A DNA stretch of 64,000 nt from positions 1,218,769-1,282,768 of the forward strand of contig CAWBMK010000001.1 in NCBI GenBank assembly GCA_963789905.1, read 5' to 3'. The DNA is from an uncultured Chloroflexia bacterium (GTDB lineage Bacteria > Chloroflexota > Limnocylindria > Limnocylindrales > CSP1-4). Positions 27,958-37,647 of the stretch are shown here, one piece after another; positions within the stretch are counted from its first letter, which is position 1; every line of letters begins with the position of its first letter. The translations under genes were made by a program, and so were the position numbers. The notes under the pieces were generated by a model that saw only the letters and a list, made by a program, of their open reading frames with translations, was not told the origin of the DNA and did no database searches.

Positions 27958-28932
27958 ATGAAGGCATACGTCCGAGACCGCTATGGCTCCCCCGATGTCC
28001 TCGAGCTTGCGGACGTGCCCACGCCGACGGCCGGGGATGTCGACGTCCTGGTCCGGGTGCACGCGGCGTCCGTGAACCGCGCCGACCTGGACTACCTGAC
28101 GGGCGTGCCATTCCTCACCCGCATGGGCACCGGCCTGCGCTCGCCGAGGAACCGCGGGCTTGGCCTGGACGTGGCGGGGGTGGTCGAGGCGGTCGGCCGC
28201 GACGTGAGCGAGTTCGAGCCCGGGGATGAGGTGTTCGGGGACCTCACCCAGTTCGGTTACGGCGCTTTTGCCGAGTACGCCTGCGCCCCACAGCAGGCAT
28301 GGGCCCGCAAGCCGGCTCGCCTGACATTCGAGGAGGCGGCAACCGTTCCCCAAGCGGCGATCCTTGCTCTCCAGGGTCTGCATGGCGGGCGGGCGATCAA
28401 GTCCGGCGACGCAGTGCTGATCAACGGCGCATCGGGCAATGTGGGGCCGTTCGCGGTTCAGCTGGCGAAGGCGTTCGGGGCCGAGGTAACCGGCGTCTGC
28501 AGCACCGGCAAAGTGGACTTCGTGCGATCGCTGGGCGCGGATCACGTCGTCGACTACTCGCGCGAGGACTACAGGCGAGGATCGTCGCGTTACGACTGGA
28601 TCCTTGACGTCATGGCCAAGGGCTCGATCCTCCGCGTCAGGCGGGCACTCAAACCAGGTGGCGTCTACGTCATGGTCGGCGGCACGACCGGCGCGATCCT
28701 GGAGGCGCTGATCCTTGGTCCGTTGATCTCGCTCGCCGGCTCGCGGAAGATAGGTCTTCTCCTCGGGTGGAAACCCGGAGACCACGACGACATGGCGCGC
28801 CTGTCGTCGTTTCTGGAGTCGGGGGCACTCGTGCCCGCGATCGATCGCCGCTATCCGCTTACGGAGGTCCCCGACGCGCTGCGCTACCTCCAGGCAGGCC
28901 TCGCCCGGGGAAAGTTGGTCATCACGATCTAG
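27958..28932 (+). CDS. zinc-binding/quinone oxidoreductase, MDR (medium-chain dehydrogenase/reductase) superfamily
   Basis: ORF 27958..28932. MKAYV...GDVDVLVRVHAASVNRADLD..., NAD(P) motif VLINGASGNVGPFAVQLAKAFGAEV. Confidence 0.85.
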   Translation: MKAYVRDRYGSPDVLELADVPTPTAGDVDVLVRVHAASVNRADLDYLTGVPFLTRMGTGLRSPRNRGLGLDVAGVVEAVGRDVSEFEPGDEVFGDLTQFGYGAFAEYACAPQQAWARKPARLTFEEAATVPQAAILALQGLHGGRAIKSGDAVLINGASGNVGPFAVQLAKAFGAEVTGVCSTGKVDFVRSLGADHVVDYSREDYRRGSSRYDWILDVMAKGSILRVRRALKPGGVYVMVGGTTGAILEALILGPLISLAGSRKIGLLLGWKPGDHDDMARLSSFLESGALVPAIDRRYPLTEVPDALRYLQAGLARGKLVITI

Positions 28933-29063
28933 GGGGCCGTCCCTTCAGGACGCGGATCCAGCGGCCGACACATCAAGTCGTCGATCTTGTGCTTGGTCGA
29001 ATCAGGTGCCGCCGGCGGCGAGGGGGACCCTCGCTCGCCGGCGGCCTGAACAGAGCTTGGTGA

Positions 29064-30664
29064 CTATCGGGTGGCAAATGCCTGGCTGCCGGCCTGTCGG
29101 GTCGACATCCGGCCAGCCGACTGAATGCTGGTCGTATCGCCGTTGACCGCCTCGGTGCTCCGAGCGAAGGTCAAGGTCGCGTAGGCCACCGCGTCGGCGT
29201 TCAGGTCGAGGGCCTTCTTGTTGACGTTGCGATATGTGTCGCAGGCCTGGTGGTAGCAGGGATCGAATGCCTCACCGGCGGTGCCACCCCAGAGCGCCGC
29301 TTCCTCGGCCGACTTGATCTCTTCGGCCCCAGAGAAGAGACCGCCGGATGGGATGCCGGCCTCGATGAAGGGGCCGTAGTCGGAACGACCGTCGAAGTCG
29401 GTGCCTTTGAACGGACGGTCTCGTCGTGCGTAGAAGCGCTCGAACACCTTCTCGATCGCTGCCGATCCATCCGGCCCGGGCCCTCGCCGACGGCGTCTGA
29501 GTCGTCGCCGTCGTAGATGAAGAAGCCAGGGTTCGGAGAGCCGACCATGTCGAAATTGAGGTACAGAGCGATCTTCGAGAGCTCATCGGGGCTGAGCCCC
29601 GCCACGTAGTTGGTCGAGCCGACGAGACCGGCCTCCTCGGCACCCCAGAAGGCGAAGCGGACCTTGTTGTGGGTCTTGACCTTCGACATCTGGATGGCAG
29701 TCTCCAGGATGACGGCGGTGCCTGAGCCGTTGTCGTTGATGCCCGGCCCATCACCGACCGAGTCCAGGTGGGCGCCCACCATGACCACGTTGCCCGGGTC
29801 GCCATGGCGGGACTCGGCGATGACGTTCTCGGTCTTCGCTACCCCCCGGAACGCGTCGACGACGATTCGCATGATCAGGCCAGCGGTGGCCGTCCACTCG
29901 GCGCCACGGTCGTATGTAGCTTCGATCACGGGGATGCCGCCGATGTATGCGTCCGACACGGTGCCGCTGATCAGCCCGGTTCGGTCTGGCGTGTTGCCCT
30001 GGTTGAAGATGATCGCCCCAACTGCTCCGGCGGCCGCGGCATTCTCCGCTTTCTGCTGAAACGAGCACGTCCCCCGCTGAAGGAGCGCGATTCGGCCGGC
30101 CGTGAAGGCGGCGAAGTCTGCCGCCTCGCAACCGCTCGTGGAGGTGTTGTCGAGGCCCAGCTGGACGTCGACCGGCGCAACGGCGGCACTCACGTCACCC
30201 GGTACGGACTGGTCAATGGCGTCGAAGTCGACACCCTCTTCGTAGGTCACTGCACCTGGCGCCGTCTGCTGGGCGATGGCTGGACCTAGCTTCAGGAACG
30301 CATTGAACTCGAAGGGCTGACGAGTCACCTTGTAGCCGGCCTTCTTCAGCTTCCAGGCGACGTAGGCGGCCGACTTGTTGAAGCCCGGCAGCCCCGACGC
30401 GCGGGTGCCGTCGTTTCGGTCGGCGATGTGCTGGAGTGCCTTCTGGTGCGCACGCACTCCGGCCAGCGTCACGCAGTGGAGCAGCTTGCCGACGGTGTTG
30501 TTGTTCCGTGACGGACAGGCTGGCGGGTGGCTGGAGTGGCTGGATTGCGATCCGCCATGTGACCCGCCGGCGGCCACAGGTGCAACCGCAAACGATGAGG
30601 CAGCCAGGACGACCACCATGACGAGAGACATCCGGCCGAACAGGCGGCCACGGCGTCTGGTCAT
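29064..30664 (-). pseudogene. secreted M28-family aminopeptidase with PA domain; apparent frameshift near 29455
   Basis: ORF 29201..30742. ATG 30664 preceded by GGAGGA. Signal peptide, PA domain, catalytic HLDSVGDGPGINDNGSG...AFWGAEEAGLVGS...NFDMVGSPN. Reading frame is lost after ...DDSDAVGEGPG and the authentic C-terminus (ERFYARRDRPFKGTDFDGRSDYGPFIEAGIPSGGLF...) continues in ORF 29064..29447. Confidence 0.65.
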
Positions 30665-30830
30665 CTTGTCCTCCTTCAGACGTCCACGACGAACTCGACG
30701 GACGGACCCGTGCCCGCCGGGCGGGTCGCGAAGGATGGCCAATTATGGACCACCGGCGCTGGTCGCGTGGCGTGACCGAGCGCGGGGCATCAGATCGTCG
30801 TCAGTCTGCGGCCCGGATCAACCGCGCGGA

Positions 30831-31769
30831 TCAGGCTCGGACGCGGGCCAGGACCTCGCTGAATCGAGCGGTCGCCAGGCCGATCACGGTATCGGCGGCG
30901 CCGTAGTAGAGGTGCAGCCGATCGGCCGCTTCGTCGAGGATCCAGCCGCACGGGAACACGACCCGGCCGACATCGCCGGTGACCTCGTAGGGTGAAGCGG
31001 GACCAAAGACCCACTCGTCGGCTCGGTGCAGGACCTGACGCGGGTCCTCGAGGTCGAGGAGCGCAAGCCCGGCTCGATAGATCGGGCCATCACCAGTCAG
31101 ATGGACGCCGTGGTACATGATGAGCCAACCCCCGCTCGTCTCGAGTGGCGGCGGGCCGAGGCCGATCTTGCCGGCATCCCACCAGGCGCCGGCGCGCGCC
31201 TCGAGAAGCAGCGTGTGATCGCCCCAGTGCCGGAGGTCGGGCGAGAAGGAGATCCACATGTGGGCTCCGGCGTGGAGCGGCGAAGGCCGGTGGATCATGG
31301 CCCAGCGACCATCGAAGCGACGCGGGAACAGCGCCGCATCCTTGTCCTCCGGCTGCGTGATCGGACCGAGCCGCTGGACGGTCCGGAAGTCGCGGCTGGT
31401 CGCCAACGACACGAGGGGTCCACGGCGGCTGTAGGCCGTGTAGGCGATCGCCCATTCCTCGCGTTCGGGCAACCAGGTGAGGCGCGGGTCCTCGCAGCCC
31501 CAGATCTCTTCGGAGTGGTGATCGACGTCGGACCGAAGGAGCGGCTGCGGATCGAACCGCCAGTTGGAGTAGCCATCGACGCTGCGGACGACGTGGAGCT
31601 GCGAGATGCCGCGGAGATCCTCGATGCGAGCCAGGAGAATCGTCTCGTCGCCGACCCGGGCGGCGCCCGGATTGAAGACCGAGTTCGAGGGATAGGGAAC
31701 CTCAGCTGTCGTCAGGATCGGGTTTGCCTCGGACCGCACGAAGAGCATCTCGTCCCGCGGTCGGGTCAT
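30831..31769 (-). CDS. glycoside hydrolase family 130 (beta-mannoside phosphorylase-like)
   Basis: ORF 30831..31769. ANPILTTAEVPYPSNSVFNPGAARVGDETILLARIED...GCEDPRLTWLPEREEWAIAYTAYS...MYHGV is typical of GH130. Start overlaps upstream stop (ATGA). Confidence 0.8.
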   Translation of the reverse strand: MTRPRDEMLFVRSEANPILTTAEVPYPSNSVFNPGAARVGDETILLARIEDLRGISQLHVVRSVDGYSNWRFDPQPLLRSDVDHHSEEIWGCEDPRLTWLPEREEWAIAYTAYSRRGPLVSLATSRDFRTVQRLGPITQPEDKDAALFPRRFDGRWAMIHRPSPLHAGAHMWISFSPDLRHWGDHTLLLEARAGAWWDAGKIGLGPPPLETSGGWLIMYHGVHLTGDGPIYRAGLALLDLEDPRQVLHRADEWVFGPASPYEVTGDVGRVVFPCGWILDEAADRLHLYYGAADTVIGLATARFSEVLARVRA

Positions 31770-32863
31770 CGCGTCGACGTCGCGAGGCTGAGATCCTTCG
31801 AAGATGCGGGCGCCGGCCGGGCAGCGCGGATGGCTCGGGTATGTTCAACCGCGGTGAGCCACATGAGGGTCGACTCGGCTCCTTCATTGGTGTTCACACC
31901 ACGCCGGGTGAGCCCGTCACGGCACGCGCCGCGCTCCGGATCGGCGATGTCCATCCTGACATCGTTGTCGCCGAGAAACCAGGCGTACGCTCGCTCCATC
32001 GCGGTGCGGTATCGCTGATCGTCGGTCAGGAGGTAGGCCGACTCGGCGGCGAGCAGGAGGGCCGTCGGTTCGATCGGTTGCTGGTCGAAACGGGCCTTCT
32101 CGCCACCCCGCTCCCACCATCCGTTGCCGACCGGCGAGAGGTGGCCAGACGGGGCTGTCTGGCCGACGATGAGCCAGTCGAGGAGGTCCAGGCCCTTGTC
32201 GACCATCGGGCCCGAGCCGAGATATCGGCCGGCGACGATCAGGGCCCGAACCGGTAGAGCGTTCTCGTATGTCAGCCGGGGCTCTGGCCACGGCCACGTC
32301 GCCGCGGGACCCGACTGGAAGGTCGAACGAAGGTGTCCGGCGAGCTCGCCGTAGGCATGAGCGGTCGCGTCGGACGGTCGCGCCCTCATGGCTGCGTCGC
32401 AGCCGAGCAGGACCGAGGAACGTGCACGGAGGGCCGCGACTTCGCGAGCGGCGGGCAGGGCCCCATCGAACAAGTGGGACGCGGCCTCGGCCAGACCACC
32501 ATCGGGCACATCGGCGATCGCGTCGCCGAGCGCGTGCATGGCACGGCCCTGGCAGTCTTGGGAGCCGGGGCCTGGCAGCCACGATCCGTCCACGGCACGG
32601 AAGTTACGGAAGCGTCCTAGGTCGGCGTTGAAGGCTTCGCTGAGGAACAGGATGTTTCGCTCCACGCTGTCGCTGACGGCGGGCCAGCCGAGCACCCGAG
32701 CGTGAAGCAGATCGACCTGAAGCGACCGGGCGACGTCGTCTGTGCAATACCCGTGAGCCGGATCGGGTCGCGACCCGATCGCATGCTGCATGATCCCGAC
32801 GTCGTCGCTCAGCTCTTCGAGATGCCGGCGGCTGACGGGATACATGGCCTTGAGATCAGGCAT
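31766..32863 (-). CDS. glycosidase-like hypothetical protein, middle gene of GH130/GT4 operon
   Basis: ATG 32863 within ORF 31766..33028, overlapping the GT4 stop (ATGCCTGA). MPDLKAMYPVSRRHLEELSDDVGIMQHAIGSRPDPAHGYCTDDVARSL... Family not recognised with certainty. Confidence 0.5.
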   Translation of the reverse strand: MPDLKAMYPVSRRHLEELSDDVGIMQHAIGSRPDPAHGYCTDDVARSLQVDLLHARVLGWPAVSDSVERNILFLSEAFNADLGRFRNFRAVDGSWLPGPGSQDCQGRAMHALGDAIADVPDGGLAEAASHLFDGALPAAREVAALRARSSVLLGCDAAMRARPSDATAHAYGELAGHLRSTFQSGPAATWPWPEPRLTYENALPVRALIVAGRYLGSGPMVDKGLDLLDWLIVGQTAPSGHLSPVGNGWWERGGEKARFDQQPIEPTALLLAAESAYLLTDDQRYRTAMERAYAWFLGDNDVRMDIADPERGACRDGLTRRGVNTNEGAESTLMWLTAVEHTRAIRAARPAPASSKDLSLATSTR

Positions 32864-34283
32864 TGACGGCCGCCATGGCCCGCTGGTCCACGGCCACCGG
32901 AGCGCGGCGCGCGATGCGCTGGAAGAGGCTCGAGTATTCGGCTCCGACCTGGGACCAGACCATCGATCTGCTGTGCGCGTAGGCGCGGCGTCCGATGGCG
33001 GCCCGCAGGCGATCGTCGCCGAGGACATCGTTCACGGCCGCCCCGAACCTCGTCGGCGAGCCCGGCGCGACAAGGACCCCTCGCCCATGGGCAAGAAGCT
33101 CAGCCGCATAGGCGTATGGCGTCGAGACGATCGCTCGGCCGGCACCCATCGCGTAGGAGAGCGTCCCCGACACGATCTGATCGAGGTTCGGGTACGGGGT
33201 GACGAAGACATCGGCGGCCTCGAGCCAGCGCGTCAGCTCGACTCGGCCAACGAAGCGGTCGACGAATCGAACGTGGTCGGTGACCCCGAGGGCGGCAACG
33301 CGCGCCTCGAGGGCGTTTCGATACGCCTCTCCCTCGCGTCGGAGCAGGTCCGGGTGGGTCGCACCGACGACGACATAGCAGACGTCGGGGTGCTCGGCAA
33401 CGATGGTCGGGAGGGCGTCGATGGCCAGCTCGTACCCCTTGCCGGGCCCGAGGAGGCCAAAGCTCAGGATCACGTCGCGCCCTTCCAGGCCGACGGACGG
33501 CTTGATCGTGTCAGGATCGACGAGCGGCAGGTCCGGCACTCCATGAGGGATGACGTCCAAGCGTCGGGCATTGATGCCGTACGCACTCGTGAGGAGCGCG
33601 GCAGCCGCCCGGGACATCACGACCGTTGCCGAGACGCTGTCGATCAGGTCGGCGAGAACTCTGCGCTGGCTGTGGGTCGGGCCGCGGAGGACGGTGTGAA
33701 GCGTGGCGACCGCCGGGACATCGAGCGCACGGACGAGATCCAGGACGTATCCGCCGTCGACCCCGCCCCAGATGCCGTACTCATGCTGGATCGATACGAC
33801 GTCGACGCAGCCATTCAGGTCGCGTGCGGTCCGCAGGTAATCGGCCGGCTCATCGCGCCTGATCCGATGATGGACCTCGAGCGGATATGGCATGGGCGAC
33901 TCGGTCGGATGGAGGGCGACGATCTCACGGGTACCAGTGGCTCGTGAGAGGTCGTGGGTGAACGTGGCGATGCCGCAGCGTCGCGGGGGATATGTGGAGA
34001 TGAAGGCAGTGCGAACTATGGCGTAGGTCCTCTCTGGGGAAACAGCCAAGCCGAGCGAGCTCGCTCGCAGCGTCGCGACCGCGTTCCGGGATCCGAGGGC
34101 GGCCCGCCGATGGCGGGCCGCCTCCGGGGTTCTAGGCGGCTCGCACCTGGACGGCGCGCGGGCCCTTGGGGCTCGCTTCGACTTCGAATGTGACGCGCTC
34201 GCCGCCGACGAGACGGTCGAAGTCGATCGACGAATCAAGTCCGCCGCGATGGAAGAAGTATTCCTTCTCATCCTCGGCGGCAA
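32856..34283 (-). CDS. glycosyltransferase family 4 (retaining GT-B)
   Basis: ORF 32856..34283. Conserved core starts about RTYAIVRTAFISTYPPRRCGIATFTHDL; C-terminal EX7E-like region. True start probably internal (N-terminal 80 aa are Ser/Arg-rich). Confidence 0.7.
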   Translation of the reverse strand: MPPRMRRNTSSIAADLIRRSTSTVSSAASASHSKSKRAPRARAPSRCEPPRTPEAARHRRAALGSRNAVATLRASSLGLAVSPERTYAIVRTAFISTYPPRRCGIATFTHDLSRATGTREIVALHPTESPMPYPLEVHHRIRRDEPADYLRTARDLNGCVDVVSIQHEYGIWGGVDGGYVLDLVRALDVPAVATLHTVLRGPTHSQRRVLADLIDSVSATVVMSRAAAALLTSAYGINARRLDVIPHGVPDLPLVDPDTIKPSVGLEGRDVILSFGLLGPGKGYELAIDALPTIVAEHPDVCYVVVGATHPDLLRREGEAYRNALEARVAALGVTDHVRFVDRFVGRVELTRWLEAADVFVTPYPNLDQIVSGTLSYAMGAGRAIVSTPYAYAAELLAHGRGVLVAPGSPTRFGAAVNDVLGDDRLRAAIGRRAYAHSRSMVWSQVGAEYSSLFQRIARRAPVAVDQRAMAAVNA

Positions 34284-34335
34284 TGAAGCCGAAGCCGCGG
34301 TCTGAGACGACCTTCTTGATGGTACCGGTGGTCAT
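34132..34335 (-). CDS. cspA: cold-shock protein (CspA family)
   Basis: C-terminal 67 aa of ORF 34132..34512. ATG 34335 preceded by GGAGGT. MTTGTIKKVVSDRGFGFIAAEDEKEYFFHRGGLD...GERVTFEVEASPKGPRAVQVRAA (RNP motifs). Confidence 0.9.
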   Translation of the reverse strand: MTTGTIKKVVSDRGFGFIAAEDEKEYFFHRGGLDSSIDFDRLVGGERVTFEVEASPKGPRAVQVRAA

Positions 34336-34501
34336 GATGACCTCCAACGCTTCCCGAACACGACTGGCAGACGCACGGTCCGTTCGAGAAGGGGGTTGAC
34401 CACGCGGAGCATCGCCACGAGGCGTGGCGTGTTGCCAGCATAGCACAGGTGTTCGACAGCGGACCGCCGAGGTGCCGTCGGGAGCCGGCTCGTCCCGCAC
34501 A

Positions 34502-35698
34502 ATGATGGCCATGAAGTCGGTCGCCGCCGCCGATGTGACGCTCGCGAACTGGCAGGATCCTCCGTTGAACCGATGGAGCTTCCTCCACGTCCGTGAGATC
34601 GTCCCGACTGCCCGGATCGGACGTGGCGACGGACCCGTGACCGAGCTTTCCCGGGATGAGCACCGGCTCGACGCGATCCGCTTCCATGTCGGACATCACG
34701 CCTACACGGTCAGCGGAATGCTCGAGCAGACATTCACCGACGGCTTCCTCGTCATCCATGAGGGCCGCGTGGTCGCCGAGTCGTACCCGAACGGGATGAC
34801 GCCCGATACGACGCACCTTCTCATGTCCGTCTCGAAGTCCCTGACGGCGGGTCTCGTCGGTGCCCTTGCAGGACAGGGGATCATCGATCCGGAGGCCCTC
34901 GTCACCGACTACGTCGACGAGCTTCGGCACACGAGCTTCGAGGACTGCACCCTTCGCGACCTGCTCGACATGCGTGCCGGAACGCGGTTCGTCGAGGATT
35001 ACGACGACCTCGACGCCGATGCTCGTGTGTACGAGCGGGTATGGGGCTGGCGCCCGCGGGAAGGGCTCGAACTTCCACCCGATGGCTACGCCTACATGCG
35101 CGGCCTGCCAAACGTCCGTCCGCACGGCGGACCATTCCAGTACCGCTCGATCCTCACCGACGTCCTGGGCTGGGTCGTCGAGCGGGCCGGCGGAGCGTCG
35201 TTCGCGAGCCTGTTCTCGACCCACATCTGGTCCCATCTGGGCGCGGAACAGGACGCCGAGATCACGGTCGGGCCACACGGCTGCCCGTTTCCCGACGGCG
35301 GGATCTGCGCGACCCTCCGCGACCTGGGGCGCTTCGGGCTGATGCATCTCGAGCACGGCGTCATCGCCGGCCGTCGCGTCGTGCCCGAGACCTGGGTCGC
35401 CGACATCCTTCGCCCCGATGACGACCTGCGGTCCGCCTACGCGGCCTCGCCGGACGTTCGCTCGTACCCCGCATTTCCGGACATGCACTACCGCAGCCAG
35501 TGGTGGGTCCTCGACCCCAAGCGGGGCATCTATACGGGGTCCGGGATCAACGGCCAGCAACTCTTCATCCATGAGCCATCGCGAACCGTCATCGCCAAGC
35601 TCTCGACGTGGCCCGTGGCCTGGGACGAGCGACTTGGCAATCTCCACAGCGCTGCGGCTCTGGCAATCGCCGAGGCCCTCGGGTCTGGCGCCGTCTGA
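34502..35698 (+). CDS. beta-lactamase-fold serine hydrolase (class C / penicillin-binding-protein-related)
   Basis: ORF 34424..35698, ATG 34502. SxxK motif (LLMSVSKSLTAG), YRS, HEGRVVAESY. About 400 aa. Confidence 0.8.
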   Translation: MMAMKSVAAADVTLANWQDPPLNRWSFLHVREIVPTARIGRGDGPVTELSRDEHRLDAIRFHVGHHAYTVSGMLEQTFTDGFLVIHEGRVVAESYPNGMTPDTTHLLMSVSKSLTAGLVGALAGQGIIDPEALVTDYVDELRHTSFEDCTLRDLLDMRAGTRFVEDYDDLDADARVYERVWGWRPREGLELPPDGYAYMRGLPNVRPHGGPFQYRSILTDVLGWVVERAGGASFASLFSTHIWSHLGAEQDAEITVGPHGCPFPDGGICATLRDLGRFGLMHLEHGVIAGRRVVPETWVADILRPDDDLRSAYAASPDVRSYPAFPDMHYRSQWWVLDPKRGIYTGSGINGQQLFIHEPSRTVIAKLSTWPVAWDERLGNLHSAAALAIAEALGSGAV

Positions 35699-36181
35699 AT
35701 GCCCGATGCGCTCGATCCGAAGGTCGAGCTCCGGCGAGCGACCCTCGCCGACGCGCCTGAGGTGACCGAGGTCTATCTCACGGCGTTCCGGGACGCGATG
35801 CCCGAGATTCGTCTGGCTCACACCGACGAGGAAGTCGCGGCGTACCTCCGCGACGTGTGCATCGCGGAACAGGAGACATGGGTGGCAGAGGCGCCGGCTG
35901 GCGGCCGCGCCGTCATCGTCGCGATGATGGTGGTCGGTGAGGGATCGATCGATCAGCTCTACGTCCGACCCGGATGGCAGCGGCGCGGGATCGGGTCACG
36001 TCTCCTTGATCTCGCCAAGTCGCGGCGGCCCGGGGGCTTCGAGCTGTTCGCCTTCCAGATCAACGAGCGTGGGCGCCGATTCTACGAACGCTCTGGCCTC
36101 GAGGTGGTCGACCTGGACGACGGGTCGCGGAATGAGGAGGGCGAGCCCGACGTGCGCTTCCGTTGGCGGCCCCGCCCGTAG
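35699..36181 (+). CDS. GNAT family N-acetyltransferase
   Basis: ORF 35699..36181, start abuts upstream stop. LYVRPGWQRRGIGSRLLDLA (acetyl-CoA binding motif A). Confidence 0.8.
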   Translation: MPDALDPKVELRRATLADAPEVTEVYLTAFRDAMPEIRLAHTDEEVAAYLRDVCIAEQETWVAEAPAGGRAVIVAMMVVGEGSIDQLYVRPGWQRRGIGSRLLDLAKSRRPGGFELFAFQINERGRRFYERSGLEVVDLDDGSRNEEGEPDVRFRWRPRP

Positions 36182-36211
36182 CCCGTCGGGGCTCAGCGAC
36201 GGAGCCGACCA

Positions 36212-36817
36212 TCAGCCTTGCGATGCTCGCGGCGCGAGTTGACCGAAGGTGAGGTCCTCCTCGGCGACTACCTCGATCCATTCCGCGAGGTCTCGGTTGA
36301 CGACCATCGTGCCGACCCATTGACGGCGGCGATGGCCACCGGCCCAGAACTCGGCCCAGGCGTTCGTCAGTGGGATCATGGCCGGGCGGGCGCGGATGTC
36401 GACGATCGGGTCGACGCCCGGCGGCGAGTGCATGTACCCGCCGATCAGGTACGGACCGGACTGCACGGCGACCGGGTGCGTCCTGGTCGGGCGCCGGCGC
36501 GTCTCGTCGCCGCGCGGGCCGCTGGCCTGGACGGCTATGAGCTCCTCGCGCCGGACGAGGACCTCGTCGGCGCTGATCGTCCGACCATCGATCAGGCTCT
36601 CGACCTCGACGTTCACGAGGAGCAGCTCGTCGGCGTCATTGAGGAGATCGGTCAAGCGGTCGGCCCGCAGGCTGACCCAGCCGAAGACACGCCAGTCGCG
36701 GGCGTAGGCGTCGATCCGGACGAGCGGCAGCTCGGACACGGATTCAGGTTCCCAGGCGACTTCCGGGACGCGCTGAAGGATCAGACAGAGGCGCCCCATC
36801 GAATCGGGCGGATGCAT
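36212..36817 (-). CDS. hypothetical protein
   Basis: ORF 36212..36817. Natural composition (GPYLIGGYMHSPPGVDPIVDIRARPAMIPLTNAWAEFWAGG...). No family recognised. Confidence 0.4.
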   Translation of the reverse strand: MHPPDSMGRLCLILQRVPEVAWEPESVSELPLVRIDAYARDWRVFGWVSLRADRLTDLLNDADELLLVNVEVESLIDGRTISADEVLVRREELIAVQASGPRGDETRRRPTRTHPVAVQSGPYLIGGYMHSPPGVDPIVDIRARPAMIPLTNAWAEFWAGGHRRRQWVGTMVVNRDLAEWIEVVAEEDLTFGQLAPRASQG

Positions 36818-36849
36818 CGCCGTTCGGAGGCTATCGGTGCCCCCACGAT

Positions 36850-37641
36850 GTGGGAATGGCCCGAACGTACCTGGCCGGCGCCTCGACGCACCGGCCGGAT
36901 GGCATCCTGTTCGTCGTGACGCTCCTCGAACAAGCCTTCGCGCTGCCGACCTACCCGGCCGACGACGCCGACCGCCGAACGGTCCGAGTCGCAGGCCTGG
37001 CCCTGCCGTTGCGGGCGACCATCGCCCTCGTCCTCATCACCACGATCGTCCTGCTCGACTGGAGCCGGACCTTCATCCCGCAGGACATCCTCGACATGCA
37101 GCGGGCAGCACCGGCGATGCGCTACGTGGCGCTCCTCCGTATCGTCCTCTACCTGGCAATCCCTCTGGCCGTGATCCTGGTCGTCTTCCGCGACGATCCT
37201 CGACACTACGGACTGAGGATCGGCGACTGGCGTTGGGGCATCTCGCTGGCATCGGCAGGCATCCTGGTCATGGTGCCGGTGGCCATGTTCCTCGGCCAAC
37301 AGGCCAGCTTCCGCGAGTTCTATGCGATGTCGTCGGCGCCCCTCCCCGACCTCGTCGTGACCTACTCGATCGACATCTTCTCGACCGAGTTCGCATTCCG
37401 CGGCTTTCTCATGTTCACGCTGATCCGGACGATGGGGCCGTTCGGGGTGGTCGTCGCTCAGCTGCCCTTCGTCTTCGGCCATCTGGCGAAGCCCGAGCTC
37501 GAGCTTCTGACCGTCTTCGTCGGCGGGCTCATCTACGGCTGGCTGGCCTATAGAACGGGCTCGATCGTGTGGGGTGCGGTCGCCCACGTCGTCATCGTGG
37601 TGACGCTGGTCGCCTCAGCGGGGGCGATCCTGCGCCTCTGA
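36850..37641 (+). CDS. CPBP family intramembrane glutamic endopeptidase (CAAX protease-like)
   Basis: ORF 36850..37641. Motifs TEFAFRGFL (EExxxR), FVFGHLAKP (FxxxH) and GLIYGWLAYRTGSIVWGAVAH (HxxxN/D-like). Confidence 0.8.
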   Translation: MGMARTYLAGASTHRPDGILFVVTLLEQAFALPTYPADDADRRTVRVAGLALPLRATIALVLITTIVLLDWSRTFIPQDILDMQRAAPAMRYVALLRIVLYLAIPLAVILVVFRDDPRHYGLRIGDWRWGISLASAGILVMVPVAMFLGQQASFREFYAMSSAPLPDLVVTYSIDIFSTEFAFRGFLMFTLIRTMGPFGVVVAQLPFVFGHLAKPELELLTVFVGGLIYGWLAYRTGSIVWGAVAHVVIVVTLVASAGAILRL

Positions 37642-37647
37642 AGCCGT

